IMG/VR virus record: IMGVR_UViG_3300025767_000026
Location: 1 to 54,392 of that record
Direction: 5' to 3' (one strand)
Origin: a virus
Lineage: Duplodnaviria > Caudoviricetes
Length of the DNA: 54,392 nucleotides
Positions 28,431 to 38,963 of this stretch are shown here, piece by piece; within the stretch, counting starts at the first letter, position 1; each line of letters opens with the position of its first letter. The position numbers were made by a program, and so were the translations under genes. The notes under the pieces were generated by a model. That model saw nothing but the letters and a program-made list of their open reading frames with translations. It was not told the origin of the DNA and searched no databases.

Positions 28431-29843
28431 TTAAGCTGCAGTATCTTTGAACAAGATAAAGTTGTTAGCTCCTTGAACACATAGACATCTTTCAGATAGC
28501 ATATGTACGTTCATTTCATCGATGTCAGAAGTATAATTTCCTCCAACTGAACCAGTGATCCAAGACTTCATACGACGATCATCAGCTTCAGAAGCACGAT
28601 AACGGATGTGTAAGAAAGGACGTTGGATGTTTTTACCTAATGTTTGATCATAAACAGTAGATACACCAGCAGGAACAAGAACACCGTCGATATCCGCGGT
28701 AAGACCACGAGTAGCAGCGTCATTCAAGTATTTCCAGTCAGTTTTGTAGAAATCATAAGATCCACGACGGAATCCGCTGAAACCTAAATTAAGAGCCATG
28801 TCTTCGCTGTTGTCAAATACCCCGTAAGAAGTACCGCCAGTTCCGTAAGAGTTAGCACGCGCAAGCATATTGTCAATAGCCAATGAAGTACCGCGATCTA
28901 AGAAAAGCATGTTTTCTTCGATAGCTCCTTGCTTGTCAAGTTCTTGAAGAACTAAGTCAAACTCAGCAAGACCAGTAAGTCCAGAAGCGTTATTGAAATC
29001 ATGATCGTTGAAAACTAATCCACGAGACTCAATAGCAGAGAAAAGACCTTCAGTACCACGAACAGTAGCTCCAGAAGCATCAGTAATACCAGAAGAGGCA
29101 GTTACTTTTTCAGCTTCAACCATGCTCATTTCAAGATAGTCTTCGAAACGCAAACGAGTTTCATGCTCAGACTTCAAATACCAAAGGTATCCAGAGGTTC
29201 CCATTTCACTTGTTACTTCAACCCAACCGATCTGAGCAGTGTCAGAACCATTGATTGAATACTTATCTTTCAAGATAATTGGTGAGTTAGAATACTTTTG
29301 GAAACCAGCATCAATTGATCCTTGCATTCCAAGAGAGCCTTTTCCAAACTCAGACCCGTAAACGAATACTTTTAGAGCCGGAGTTCCGGTGTGGATAGCA
29401 GCTGGCCAAGTATCTGAGTCAAGAGGGAAAGCCTCAAGAGAGTTATCGGCTACACTTTTAACAAAAGCACGAACAGTTGTATATCCTGTAGCTACAATGA
29501 TAGTTTGGTTAGCACGAATTGAGTGACCTGTAATGTTGATTGTATTTTCAGCATTAGAATCAGCGGCAAGGACGGCAGCGTCATAAGCAACGTGTAAACG
29601 TCCTTGTTCTGACCATACAACTTCGTCAGAAGCCATTGGCATTTCAGCTCCTACCATACGCAAGAAAGAAGATACAGAACGATTTCCGTAACGCTCTACC
29701 TCTTTTTCGTATACTTCAGGTAAGAATTGTTTAGTAAAGTTAAAGTCGTTGGCTCCGATAGATAAATAGTTCTTATCAAACAACGTTTTGGTTGGTTGCG
29801 GGGTTAATCCTGCTGGAAAAGCCCCTGATGATGCAAAACTCAT
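28431..29843 (-). CDS. Major capsid protein
   Basis: Follows portal and scaffold and is followed by a UUCG hairpin; W.EQGRLH, EDYLEMSMVE, GTEGLF.AI..RG, LNLGFSGF, LSERCLCVQGANNF. Confidence 0.85.
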   Translation of the reverse strand: MSFASSGAFPAGLTPQPTKTLFDKNYLSIGANDFNFTKQFLPEVYEKEVERYGNRSVSSFLRMVGAEMPMASDEVVWSEQGRLHVAYDAAVLAADSNAENTINITGHSIRANQTIIVATGYTTVRAFVKSVADNSLEAFPLDSDTWPAAIHTGTPALKVFVYGSEFGKGSLGMQGSIDAGFQKYSNSPIILKDKYSINGSDTAQIGWVEVTSEMGTSGYLWYLKSEHETRLRFEDYLEMSMVEAEKVTASSGITDASGATVRGTEGLFSAIESRGLVFNDHDFNNASGLTGLAEFDLVLQELDKQGAIEENMLFLDRGTSLAIDNMLARANSYGTGGTSYGVFDNSEDMALNLGFSGFRRGSYDFYKTDWKYLNDAATRGLTADIDGVLVPAGVSTVYDQTLGKNIQRPFLHIRYRASEADDRRMKSWITGSVGGNYTSDIDEMNVHMLSERCLCVQGANNFILFKDTAA

Positions 29844-29870
29844 AGTTTTTTAATTTTAAATTGTTAATTG

Positions 29871-31028
29871 TTATTTTCTAATTTTCACTTTTAGGCGAGA
29901 AGAATTATCTCCGCTTACTGCTCTCACTTTTAATCCGCTAGCGTCCGTAACTGCTTCATGCGCACCACGAGGGTCCATATTAACGTTTTTGGATCTTGCA
30001 ATACTATCCTTGATAGCATCGGCTTTGCCTTGTTCATAAAAGTGATTCGCAACCGCGTCGGCATTCATTGCAGTAAATAATGATTTGTGATATCCCTTTG
30101 CGTCTTTCATCGTATTTTTATCGTCAAGGAACTTCTTAACAAAATTATTGATGTCAGACTGTGTGTTCTTCACCTCGGATGCATTGTTTACTTTAAACCG
30201 ATATCTTTTATCTCCAACATTATATTCAAAACCTTTGAACTCGTCTGAAAATACTTCGTCTGTTTTTTGTAAAAATGCACTTTTCTGCTGTGTTGCCACT
30301 CGAGTTGTCTCCTCGTTTTCTTTATTATAGCGATTAAAAAATTCAACCGCTTTCTGCTGGTCCTGAGTTAATTTAGAACCTGCTTTAATTTCTTCGTAAT
30401 ATTTAGACTTTTGCCCTTCTAAATGATTCTTGGCTAAAGCCATTTCTTCTTTAAAAGCTAATTTCTTTCTTTTAATGTCGCGCTCGTCATCTAAATCTTC
30501 ATCATAATCAAACTTATCTTCAATTAAAAATGAAATTTCATCATCTGTTAAATGAGGTTTAGCTTGTTTATAGTATTGAAACAGTAGTTGATTCTCTTCT
30601 AACGAGCTGTAGTCTTGGTTCAATCTAACATAATCTTCTAAGCTGCCACCGGTGTCATTCATAAAGTCTACAACTTTTTGAATGTTTTCAGGTAATTCAA
30701 CGCCTTTTGAGTTAGCCTCATCAAGGGCTTCGTCAAATTGCTCTTCTAGCTTTTCAACTTTTTCTGCGACTTCTTCTTCGCCAATCTCCTCCAATGCTTC
30801 AAAAGCAGGCTCCTCCTCAATATTATCCGCTATAGGAGCTTCGGTCTCTCCCTCTAGAGGCTCATCTTTCTCTAAAGGCTCCTCATCTTCTGCCTTTTCT
30901 TGTTGGAAGTTGCGTAAGTCAACTTTAATTACCCCTGGGTCTAAATTTTCTTCAACTACAGGAGCTTCTTCTACGTGCGGAGTTGTTTCTTCAACAGCCT
31001 CGGCTACTTTGTTTTCTTCTTCGTTCAT
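29871..31028 (-). CDS. Putative capsid scaffolding protein
   Basis: Very acidic disordered N-terminus and coiled coil; sits between portal and MCP. Confidence 0.75.
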   Translation of the reverse strand: MNEEENKVAEAVEETTPHVEEAPVVEENLDPGVIKVDLRNFQQEKAEDEEPLEKDEPLEGETEAPIADNIEEEPAFEALEEIGEEEVAEKVEKLEEQFDEALDEANSKGVELPENIQKVVDFMNDTGGSLEDYVRLNQDYSSLEENQLLFQYYKQAKPHLTDDEISFLIEDKFDYDEDLDDERDIKRKKLAFKEEMALAKNHLEGQKSKYYEEIKAGSKLTQDQQKAVEFFNRYNKENEETTRVATQQKSAFLQKTDEVFSDEFKGFEYNVGDKRYRFKVNNASEVKNTQSDINNFVKKFLDDKNTMKDAKGYHKSLFTAMNADAVANHFYEQGKADAIKDSIARSKNVNMDPRGAHEAVTDASGLKVRAVSGDNSSRLKVKIRK

Positions 31029-31062
31029 GATAAAATATTATATGATTGTATACTTATTTATA

Positions 31063-33486
31063 TTACCTAGGTTCGAAGGAACCTAAGTCAAACCCCCCAA
31101 GGACATCATTGCCTGATGACTCAAAGTTTTTAGGCGGTGTATTGTTTTGTCTTTGATCAATAAGATCTGATTGACGAGATGCTTGCTTATTTACGCGCTG
31201 GTCTTTACGGTCTTCTTTAAATCCCTCTTTGGTTTTGTAGACATCAGCCTCCATAGTCTTAAGCTGCATGTTCATTTGGAATTCAAGCTGCATTAATTGC
31301 TTTTTAACCTCAGCCTCCGCCATTAGCCTTTCCCGCGCCATTTGAGCCTTCATCTGCTCCATTTGCATTTCCATTTGCTGCAAAGCTTGTGCTTTTTGCA
31401 CTTCAGCCTGCGCTGCTACTTGCTGTGCCTGAGCATTAGCCTGCGCCTGCGCTTGAATATTAGCTTGTTGCATTTGCTGATCTTTTTCCAGTTTTTGTTT
31501 TCTTCGTATTTTAAGCAACTGGTTGGCAAGCTTAATGTTCTTAATTTCGCGCAGATCAATAGCGTCTCCAAGCTCAATAAGCCCAGCAGACAATGCCATT
31601 TGTATATTGTTCTCTAGCAGTTGCTTCTCCTCGTCGTCTGGAGTGAGTTCAATAAAAATACCAAAATCATATAAATGCAAGCTAGACATTTCCTCTAATG
31701 TAGCAACATTATGTGCTCCGATGCTCTGGATAAACGCGTCTTTTGTCGGTGAATATTCTAATATATCTGAAATGCGCAAGCTTAGACACTCCGCGGTTTC
31801 AGCTGTTAAAAATAATCCAGCTTGTAATATATGACGAGTTGCAGTGTTTGAGTTAGCCGCGGCAAGTTTTTGGACGCCTACTAAAGCATTTTTATCTGGA
31901 GAGCTGCCGTCTCTAGCTTCATTAAGACCCGTAACATCACGGATCATCTGTAAGTAATAGTTATAGGTTTGGATTAACGAGGCGAGTTTATTATTGCCGC
32001 TACCGCTGGTTAGCTCTTGGATTGGCATTTTGCCGGGGTTCATGTCGCCGGTAGAAGTAAAAGATCTACCAATAACAGAACCTGTTTGGAAGAACATGTT
32101 TAAAGCTTCTTGCGGGTTATAATTTGTGCCGTTGCCTAAATCAATCTCAGCTAAACCGTCTGCATCAAGATAAACCCCATCAGGAACCATTCTTGATAAC
32201 ACTTGCTGAAGCTTTAAGTGCGTTAGTTGGATCATATCGGCGAAGCCTTCGATACGGCTAACTAAAGATTCAATACGCCCTTTGTACATTCTAGGGGCAA
32301 CAATACTATAGTTCATTTTTACTTTAGTATGGTCACTCTTTGGGCGCATCATATTCTTAGCAAGCTCCCACTTTAATATTGTGTTGGTACCTAAGACCAT
32401 GGCCCCTTCGTATAACACCTCTAAAGATCGAGATACTTTTTCAAAGTTACCGTCTAACACGTCCATAGGCGGGTTAAACTGATCGTCTTTAATTATTATT
32501 TTAGAGCCCCCTGTAGCGGACTCTTTAACCTTATATACTTCATTCATATATGTTTTATAATTGAAGTATAAAATCTGCACAGAGTTTTGGTCGATGTTGT
32601 TGGTCGCATCCATCCCCCTGTTGTAGAAATCTGTATTTTGAATGCCTTGCTTAGTTATATCTTCAAGGTCTTCATTTGTTAAGCTTGGAAATTGCTTCTT
32701 TAATTCGTTGAGCGGAATTGTTTTTACTTCACCAACATAGTAAATGTCTTCAAAATAAGGGGAGTCTGTATAAGAATAAATAATATCTGCTGGATCAACA
32801 TAGTCTACTTTTACGCCTTCAGAGGTAGAAAAGGTATTTTTAACGCAGGCCATACCAAGAACGGCAAGGTCATAATTCAATCTTCGTCTGGTTAGATCGT
32901 ATTTATTACCTTCTAATATAGTATTTAAAGCTTGTTCTTGCGCAATTTCAGCTGCTTGTTTATAGCTAAGCTGCATATGCAGTTCTAATTCTTCTTTTGA
33001 ATCAGGCAGTTCTTCTTTTTTGTTTTCAAATAAGCTAATGCCAAATTCTTTCTGAACAAACTCATTAAGCTCCTGGGTCTGCATATCGCGTATGATTGAC
33101 TCCATGTATTCCGTACGCTTGCTCATCCCATAAGGATCTTGAGAGAAAGCTTTAATATCAAAAACGCGATCAGACATTCCGTTCACCACAATATCCACAA
33201 ACTTAGGAATAATAGGCACAGGCTTCCAGTCAATATTCAAATAAGATAAGTCACCGTTAGTTGATAATTCATCTTTATACTTCTGTACAGACTGCTCGCC
33301 TCTAGCGTACAATCTTCGTCTATGAAATGTATTTTGATTATTATGGTATCGATTTGTACCAGAGTCCCTTTTAAACCACTCGTTTTCTATAGCCTTAGCA
33401 ACCTTGAGTCCATACTCTTGGCTAACTTTTTCTAAATCACTAGCGATTTGGCTTGGGAAATAACTTTTTACAACTGCTTCAGCCAT
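31063..33486 (-). CDS. Portal protein
   Basis: 807 aa directly after terL; PIIPKFVDIVVNG, RDVTGLNEARDG and a Q-rich C-terminal coiled coil (portal barrel). Confidence 0.88.
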   Translation of the reverse strand: MAEAVVKSYFPSQIASDLEKVSQEYGLKVAKAIENEWFKRDSGTNRYHNNQNTFHRRRLYARGEQSVQKYKDELSTNGDLSYLNIDWKPVPIIPKFVDIVVNGMSDRVFDIKAFSQDPYGMSKRTEYMESIIRDMQTQELNEFVQKEFGISLFENKKEELPDSKEELELHMQLSYKQAAEIAQEQALNTILEGNKYDLTRRRLNYDLAVLGMACVKNTFSTSEGVKVDYVDPADIIYSYTDSPYFEDIYYVGEVKTIPLNELKKQFPSLTNEDLEDITKQGIQNTDFYNRGMDATNNIDQNSVQILYFNYKTYMNEVYKVKESATGGSKIIIKDDQFNPPMDVLDGNFEKVSRSLEVLYEGAMVLGTNTILKWELAKNMMRPKSDHTKVKMNYSIVAPRMYKGRIESLVSRIEGFADMIQLTHLKLQQVLSRMVPDGVYLDADGLAEIDLGNGTNYNPQEALNMFFQTGSVIGRSFTSTGDMNPGKMPIQELTSGSGNNKLASLIQTYNYYLQMIRDVTGLNEARDGSSPDKNALVGVQKLAAANSNTATRHILQAGLFLTAETAECLSLRISDILEYSPTKDAFIQSIGAHNVATLEEMSSLHLYDFGIFIELTPDDEEKQLLENNIQMALSAGLIELGDAIDLREIKNIKLANQLLKIRRKQKLEKDQQMQQANIQAQAQANAQAQQVAAQAEVQKAQALQQMEMQMEQMKAQMARERLMAEAEVKKQLMQLEFQMNMQLKTMEADVYKTKEGFKEDRKDQRVNKQASRQSDLIDQRQNNTPPKNFESSGNDVLGGFDLGSFEPR

Positions 33487-35698
33487 TATTTTCTATTATT
33501 TGAGATCTACCGCCGCTATTATTATACCGGCCTAAATTTATATTTAACTTTTGGGTTTGTCTTTCACCTACTGGTCTATACATGTGTTTGTTGCATGCCA
33601 TTATCGCTAGCCCCGAGCTTATTGCAGCATCAAATTTTGTTCTGTTGTTTATGTCAAAACGAGCCCAGTCATTTAATGTTTGATTGAAATACATTGAACC
33701 GTATGTTCCATCGTCTTTTAAACCAATATATTTATCAATATAAGATTCAATTGCAGCAGCATGCGCTTGCTTAATGTCTTCACTTGAGTTAGGTATTCCA
33801 CCTATTTCTTTTTCAGTAGTGGATAACTTGTTCCAAATTTTATCAGGGCGATTCATGGAGTAACCACGATACCCTCGTCTTTTAAAATAATACAATAGTC
33901 TCGGCTTATTGTTCTCTGCCAGTATTGGCATGCCGTAAAATACACAGGCCATTAGTACGTCTTCAAAAAATATTTCAGCGGTTTGAGGCCTAGCTACATA
34001 CTCTAAAAAAAACGTATGTGGCGGCGCATCTTCCATGCTAAACGTAGTAAGCCCATGCAAAGCTCCTTTTGAGCCATCGCCTCCGACAGTTCCTGATATA
34101 TCATAACTATCACACCCAAACGCTCCAATATGATCGTTTCCTGGGAATTTTGTTCCGCCTTTTATTACTTGTCTGTTTTGCAGCTCTCTTTTTGGCACCC
34201 AGCTTATTCTAAAGCGGCCGTGGGGGTTTGGCGTAAAAACTACCTCAGAGTCTTTAACCCCGTTTTTCCATTGGAAACTGCCTTTTGTTACAAGGTTAGA
34301 ATGCAATAGATCCCCATTGTAATCTATTTGCTGATGTATTTTAACTAAGTTAAATATACTATTTTTAGCTTCATCACGGAAAGCGTGCTCTTCTGTGCGT
34401 GGAAATTGACGGTAGAATTCATTCAGCGCGTCTGGGTCGCCTTTTAAACCGGCTGCTTCGTTTTCCCAATGCTCTACAACGCCTACATCTATTATATCGC
34501 CAAGCGGTCCTTTAATAGGTGTTTCAGGAGTAGTGAACACTGGTTGCCCGTACTCGTCAATAAACCCCTCGTAGTTCCATTCCATTGGTATAAACAAAGA
34601 GTATAAGCCTGTCTTTGTTTGTCCGTTTGCATTTCTTTTTGTTACGTCAGAGCCATCATACAGCTTCTTAAAGTTTTCTCCTCCTTTATCTAAAGCGTTT
34701 GAGGTTGAACCCATCATACACTTCCCAATAATACGAGAACCTAATCGCAGCGTTGTTTTTGTAACTCGCCAGTTATTTAATATATTGTCAGGTCTTTCCC
34801 ACTTACCGCTTTCGTCGTGTACTAAAAGCTTTAGTTTTTCTCCATCATAGGAGTTATCTCCAGTGTTCTTCCAGTCGATAGTTGTGTCAAGCCCCTGCAG
34901 TTGTTCTCTTTGGTCGTTAGCCTGTATAGACTTTCTTGTTAGCTTTGACGCTGGCACTCTATATGCTAATTCTGTTTTTGGACGGTCCATACCGTCTTGT
35001 ATAGGTTTGAAAAAGAAAGGATAGTTAACCGAGATCGGCACTACTTTATCCGTAAACATTTTCTTTGCGTCACTACCAGACTTTGATAAGATACCAAATC
35101 GGGCATCACTAGATATTGTCGCCATGTTTACCGTCTCACCGGAGGCCATAAAAGAAAACCCAGAACGACGGTTTTTAAGATAACACATGCCGTAGCATCG
35201 TTTATCCGCTTTACAGGCTTCCCAAAATATAAAGAACAATCTGTTAGCCTCTCGAAAATCAGGCTGCCCTACGTCAATCTTGCTCCACTGTAGATACATA
35301 TAATGTGTACCTGTTAAATATGTTGGCTTATTTTGATTCATAAACCAATGTCCTTCATCTCTCCGAGTGAATTCGTCGTCAATATAGGATCCCCAGGAGT
35401 CCTTAAACTCATCCGGGTATTCCTTCCAGTCAAATATAGTCTTGATATTTTTAAGAGCCTTAGGATACTCCTTAGGAGCCCATTTGTTTTCGCCTTTATC
35501 TATGTTTTTAGGAGCCGGTGGTAATGCAATCTGAAAGTTTTGTATTTCATATATTTCGCCAATACGTCCGGTCTTACTAATAACAACAAGGTCATGCTCT
35601 TTATTATAGCCGTACTCCCATGATTTAGACTTATTAAGCCTAGCTATCGTAGTAAGTTTAACTGGCTGAACTACCTTATATAACGTTTGTGCGTACAT
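33479..35698 (-). CDS. terL: Terminase large subunit
   Basis: Walker A variant LKNRRSGFS, Walker B LLVHDESGKW, MMGSTS coupling motif, RNase H-like GCDSYD, AENNK, FDAAIS. Confidence 0.92.
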   Translation of the reverse strand: MYAQTLYKVVQPVKLTTIARLNKSKSWEYGYNKEHDLVVISKTGRIGEIYEIQNFQIALPPAPKNIDKGENKWAPKEYPKALKNIKTIFDWKEYPDEFKDSWGSYIDDEFTRRDEGHWFMNQNKPTYLTGTHYMYLQWSKIDVGQPDFREANRLFFIFWEACKADKRCYGMCYLKNRRSGFSFMASGETVNMATISSDARFGILSKSGSDAKKMFTDKVVPISVNYPFFFKPIQDGMDRPKTELAYRVPASKLTRKSIQANDQREQLQGLDTTIDWKNTGDNSYDGEKLKLLVHDESGKWERPDNILNNWRVTKTTLRLGSRIIGKCMMGSTSNALDKGGENFKKLYDGSDVTKRNANGQTKTGLYSLFIPMEWNYEGFIDEYGQPVFTTPETPIKGPLGDIIDVGVVEHWENEAAGLKGDPDALNEFYRQFPRTEEHAFRDEAKNSIFNLVKIHQQIDYNGDLLHSNLVTKGSFQWKNGVKDSEVVFTPNPHGRFRISWVPKRELQNRQVIKGGTKFPGNDHIGAFGCDSYDISGTVGGDGSKGALHGLTTFSMEDAPPHTFFLEYVARPQTAEIFFEDVLMACVFYGMPILAENNKPRLLYYFKRRGYRGYSMNRPDKIWNKLSTTEKEIGGIPNSSEDIKQAHAAAIESYIDKYIGLKDDGTYGSMYFNQTLNDWARFDINNRTKFDAAISSGLAIMACNKHMYRPVGERQTQKLNINLGRYNNSGGRSQIIENNG

Positions 35699-35973
35699 TA
35701 CTTAGACCTTTTTTCTGCAAACCCAGAGAAAGCTTTTTTAGCTTCTTCTTTTGGCTTGTTTTCAAGCACTCGCTCTTCTTCTTGTATTCTATTAAGAATT
35801 TCAAATGCGTCAAAGATAGCTAGCTTTTTTGTAGCCGCGGCGTTCTTAAGCCGGTCGGCAGAAACATCATCCTCTGTGTTAGTGATAATTTTTTCTTGGG
35901 CTACTTTAATTAGTTCTTCAACCGCTTTGTGCCCAGCTAGGATTATACTCTTCTTCGTCTCCTTGAAATTCAT
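35698..35973 (-). CDS. Putative terminase small subunit (91 aa, start revised to MNFKETKK)
   Basis: Helical ORF immediately upstream of terL with TAATG coupling; the tracked start at 36093 lies deep inside the upstream gene. Confidence 0.6.
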   Translation of the reverse strand: MNFKETKKSIILAGHKAVEELIKVAQEKIITNTEDDVSADRLKNAAATKKLAIFDAFEILNRIQEEERVLENKPKEEAKKAFSGFAEKRSK

Positions 35974-36511
35974 ATTTGATTGTAATAGATTGGATTGGTA
36001 CTCGGTATAAACGCTCTTGATCAATAATAAATTCATATTCTGATCTTGGCTGAAAGCCCACAAGGATACCCGCGGGAAACTCATTATTACCATGTTTGAT
36101 AACCCCTTTTAAGGGTACTTCTTTATCTGCAGCAAAAAACTCCTTGTTCTTTAACGGCTTTACAAAACAAAAACCTTCAGTAGGTTTCCACTCTTCGCTT
36201 GGCGTCTTGTATGCAAATATTTGGTCAGGGTTAGCTAAATATATATTTTCAGCAAAATAACTTTTACTGTTTTTTTCTTTACCCTTAACGTCGTAGAATC
36301 TTCTAAACACATTGTGGTGGACAATGATTTCATTGCCAGGCTGTATTTCTGAGTGGCCCATCATAGGCTTGCTTATTACAACCCCGTGCCTGCTTACATA
36401 TTGATGATTCTGTAATTCTGTATTTAACAGTAGTTCTTTGCCATCAATATCCGCTTTAGCAGTAGACCTGCCGTCTTTTGGCTTAATAACAAAGTCATAT
36501 ATACTTTTCAT
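35918..36511 (-). CDS. Divergent GroES-like protein, apparently two tandem GroES-fold domains
   Basis: Domain 1 MKSIYDFVIKP...GVVISKP...IQPGNEIIV; domain 2 WKPTEGFCFVKP...LKGVIKH...GILVGF...EFIIDQERLYRV, both echoing the GroES pattern. Confidence 0.6.
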   Translation of the reverse strand: MKSIYDFVIKPKDGRSTAKADIDGKELLLNTELQNHQYVSRHGVVISKPMMGHSEIQPGNEIIVHHNVFRRFYDVKGKEKNSKSYFAENIYLANPDQIFAYKTPSEEWKPTEGFCFVKPLKNKEFFAADKEVPLKGVIKHGNNEFPAGILVGFQPRSEYEFIIDQERLYRVPIQSITIKYEFQGDEEEYNPSWAQSG

Positions 36512-36729
36512 TAATAATCTAAGTTGTATTCAACGGAGATCCCCATGTTTTTATTAAAATCCTTCCACGCCATTACTTCGTTTTGTTTTTTAATATATAT
36601 GGAAAACTTATCGGTTTCTTCTACGATACTTTCTATTGTATGACCACCATACACTTCCTGTCCAACAGAGTAGTGCATGGCGTCAATTTTATAGTCTTTA
36701 CCAATACTAATCTTTCTTATCAGCGACAT
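36511..36729 (-). CDS. Hypothetical protein (start revised to MSLIRKISIG)
   Basis: 72 aa, TAATG-coupled to the GroES-like gene. Confidence 0.65.
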   Translation of the reverse strand: MSLIRKISIGKDYKIDAMHYSVGQEVYGGHTIESIVEETDKFSIYIKKQNEVMAWKDFNKNMGISVEYNLDY

Positions 36730-36967
36730 CTTCATTTTTTTTATATTCACCGGTAGCTAAGTTAATAGAGACCGACCCGTATTTCTTTTCTAATTCAGCC
36801 TTAGTTCCTGCAATCTGCTCGTTCATGTAGGATATAGAATGGAGTAACCCATGCTTTTCTGCTTCAATAACCCCTACGCGGTGGAGCGCGTCCGATAAAT
36901 TACTTTGTTGACTGTTTAATAACCCCAACTCTTCGGCGGTTATTTTTTGTGTTTTCTTTTTTGACAT
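36707..36967 (-). CDS. Hypothetical coiled-coil protein
   Basis: Coiled coil ending LEKKYGSVSINLATGEY; first gene after a promoter-like motif. Confidence 0.7.
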   Translation of the reverse strand: MSKKKTQKITAEELGLLNSQQSNLSDALHRVGVIEAEKHGLLHSISYMNEQIAGTKAELEKKYGSVSINLATGEYKKNEDVADKKD

Positions 36968-36994
36968 TTTGATTAAATTTAATTGATTTCTATT

Positions 36995-37007
36995 TATATA
37001 ATTACGC
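36995..37007 (-). promoter_or_regulatory. Candidate late-promoter motif GCGTAATTATATA
   Basis: Intergenic, 28 nt upstream of the ATG at 36967; heads the packaging/head operon. Confidence 0.65.
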
Positions 37008-37025
37008 TTTACAAATATAAGTTAA

Positions 37026-37748
37026 TTAGTTATTAATATTGCCGATACTCGATTCGGCTACACCTATAATATTTGCAATGTTTGCATTTGCAACACCGAT
37101 TACATTATCGTCCCAGCCCGCTGGCGTATAAGTTATTTCAAGCTTTATAGGGTTTGTTGCGTTTAAAAATTCTATTGGATATGAAATTTCAGTGCCTAAA
37201 GTAGGGCTAACACCTTTATAATCATTATCTGAATTCAGCAATGCACAGTTTAGATACCCATCAGAATTCATGTCTGAGATGGCGTCTGCCGTTAGCGTAA
37301 TGTCATTGTAAGATGACGCTGTCCAATCCAGGGTACGCAATCCGTAGTTTGAGCCGCTTGTCCCGTTAAACTCCACGCCATCGTAATCGCCCGCGGCTAG
37401 AGTTGTCGTGTCCCCACCGCCACCCCAGGCCGTAGAAGGCACTGCTTGCGTGTCGGCTGTATTGCCAGTCGCTCCAGCTAATACTTTCAAAGTAGCCGCC
37501 GTTATAGTTCCGCCAACACTGGATAAGTCAAAAAACAAAAACGTCCTGTAACACGTTGAAACATACACATTTTTAGAAAAAGTATACCGCACTTGCATAC
37601 CGGTGAAAAACGTGTTGGTTGTTATCGTGGTAGCGGCAGTTCCTGCTGCTCCGTTTCTTGTTGTTGTGAGCCAATTTATTGTAGACCCGCTGGTGTCTTC
37701 TCTTTCAATAACCCCTTGTAAGGTAGCGTTTATAGTTATGGTTGCCAT
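37026..37748 (-). CDS. Fibre-tip/carbohydrate-binding-like protein (DNRLRE-like domain)
   Basis: RTFLFFDLSSV.GTITAATLKV...PIKLEITY resembles DNRLRE/disaggregatase-related beta-sandwich domains. Confidence 0.55.
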   Translation of the reverse strand: MATITINATLQGVIEREDTSGSTINWLTTTRNGAAGTAATTITTNTFFTGMQVRYTFSKNVYVSTCYRTFLFFDLSSVGGTITAATLKVLAGATGNTADTQAVPSTAWGGGGDTTTLAAGDYDGVEFNGTSGSNYGLRTLDWTASSYNDITLTADAISDMNSDGYLNCALLNSDNDYKGVSPTLGTEISYPIEFLNATNPIKLEITYTPAGWDDNVIGVANANIANIIGVAESSIGNINN

Positions 37749-37750
37749 AG

Positions 37751-38938
37751 TTAAGCTATCTGAACATAAGTGTTATCAGGGCAGAAATATATTTCAGCAG
37801 CTCCAGTTATAGAATCTACAACGTATCCTACTATTCTTAAGTAAGCATTGGTAGCAGTCGGAGCGGTTGTTGTCATATCCCCGTCCGTGGCGCTAATATA
37901 ACATTTACCGCCGTCGGAAAAACCATTGTAAGCAGTAGATCGAGCAAACCCCCTAACCAATATCCCAGCTGAGGGCGATGATCCGAGCGCTATACCAAGC
38001 ATTCCGGTTGATTCTGTCGCAATAGTATTGTTTGCTTTTCTCCACGTAGGATTGCCAAGAGCATTGCCAAGACAGATCAGTTCGCCGGCCGCAAATCCAG
38101 GCGCTTCAAAAGCCCCAAAAGTAACAATTTCTCCATAAAACTGAGAATTGGAGGTTGGATAAGTGTATTCAACCGTGTTAAGGCTTATATCGTTGTCTAA
38201 ATTAATCGTGACGCCACCAGATGTACCTCCTCCGTTTAAATTTGTGCCAGCGGTTACTTCAGTAATGTCCCCTGTATTATTTGTAAACGGCAAGTCAGAT
38301 ACGTTAGCCTGCGCGATAGTGCCGTCGTCACTAAACCATATTTTAGCCCCAGTAGCAAGGGGGGTACCAGAGCTATCTGTTGCGGCTAGAATAGCGTTGC
38401 CTGTCCCAACATATGTTATAGCTACATCATCAGCATTCGCTGTTATACCTGTTCCGCCAATTACGTTTAAGGTGACAGCACCCGAGCTACCCCCGCCTGT
38501 CATACCCGTGCCAGCGGTAACTTCCGTTATTGCCCCAATATCGGCTGCAACCTCAGCCACGGAACGACTTTCTAAACCAGTTGTTGTAAATCTCGCGTAT
38601 TCACCAGTAGCAACAGTAGTTGAATTTATCTTGACAATATTAGTATTAGAAATACCAGTTGTTATACTATGAGTATGAGACGTAGCGGTTACCCCGTTTG
38701 TTGTTGCCGAGGTAAGCGTACCAGGGGTTCCCATTGTCACCGGTCCAGTACCAGTAATTGTCGTAAAATTCATACCGTTACCGGCGCTCACAGAAGTTAC
38801 CCCTTGTAAATCTGTAAGCGTTATCCAATTAGTACCTGTTGCTGTGGAGCTTAATATTTGCCCGGGGGTGCCAGCGTCCCCTGAAGAATCTCTTACCTCA
38901 CCGCCAAATCTAACATCCTGTAAAAACTGAATTGCCAT
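37751..38938 (-). CDS. Tail/head fibre protein (395 aa)
   Basis: G/T-rich repeats ITEVTAGTG/N..GGG.SG.VT, GQILSSTATGTNW; C-terminal GMLGIAL...LVRG...YIS.T.G.MT..APT domain. Confidence 0.75.
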   Translation of the reverse strand: MAIQFLQDVRFGGEVRDSSGDAGTPGQILSSTATGTNWITLTDLQGVTSVSAGNGMNFTTITGTGPVTMGTPGTLTSATTNGVTATSHTHSITTGISNTNIVKINSTTVATGEYARFTTTGLESRSVAEVAADIGAITEVTAGTGMTGGGSSGAVTLNVIGGTGITANADDVAITYVGTGNAILAATDSSGTPLATGAKIWFSDDGTIAQANVSDLPFTNNTGDITEVTAGTNLNGGGTSGGVTINLDNDISLNTVEYTYPTSNSQFYGEIVTFGAFEAPGFAAGELICLGNALGNPTWRKANNTIATESTGMLGIALGSSPSAGILVRGFARSTAYNGFSDGGKCYISATDGDMTTTAPTATNAYLRIVGYVVDSITGAAEIYFCPDNTYVQIA

Positions 38939-38963
38939 TTAATTTAATTTAATTGAATTATTA

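Noticed and set aside
1183-35698. Introns or inteins in primase-helicase, nrdA, nrdB, thyA or terL
   Set aside because: All are uninterrupted and of ordinary or compact length; no intein splice motifs or embedded homing endonuclease were seen.
35974-36093. N-terminal 40 aa of the tracked 131-aa ORF upstream of terL
   Set aside because: Lies wholly within the GroES-like gene in another frame; the ATG at 35973 gives a compact 91-aa protein.
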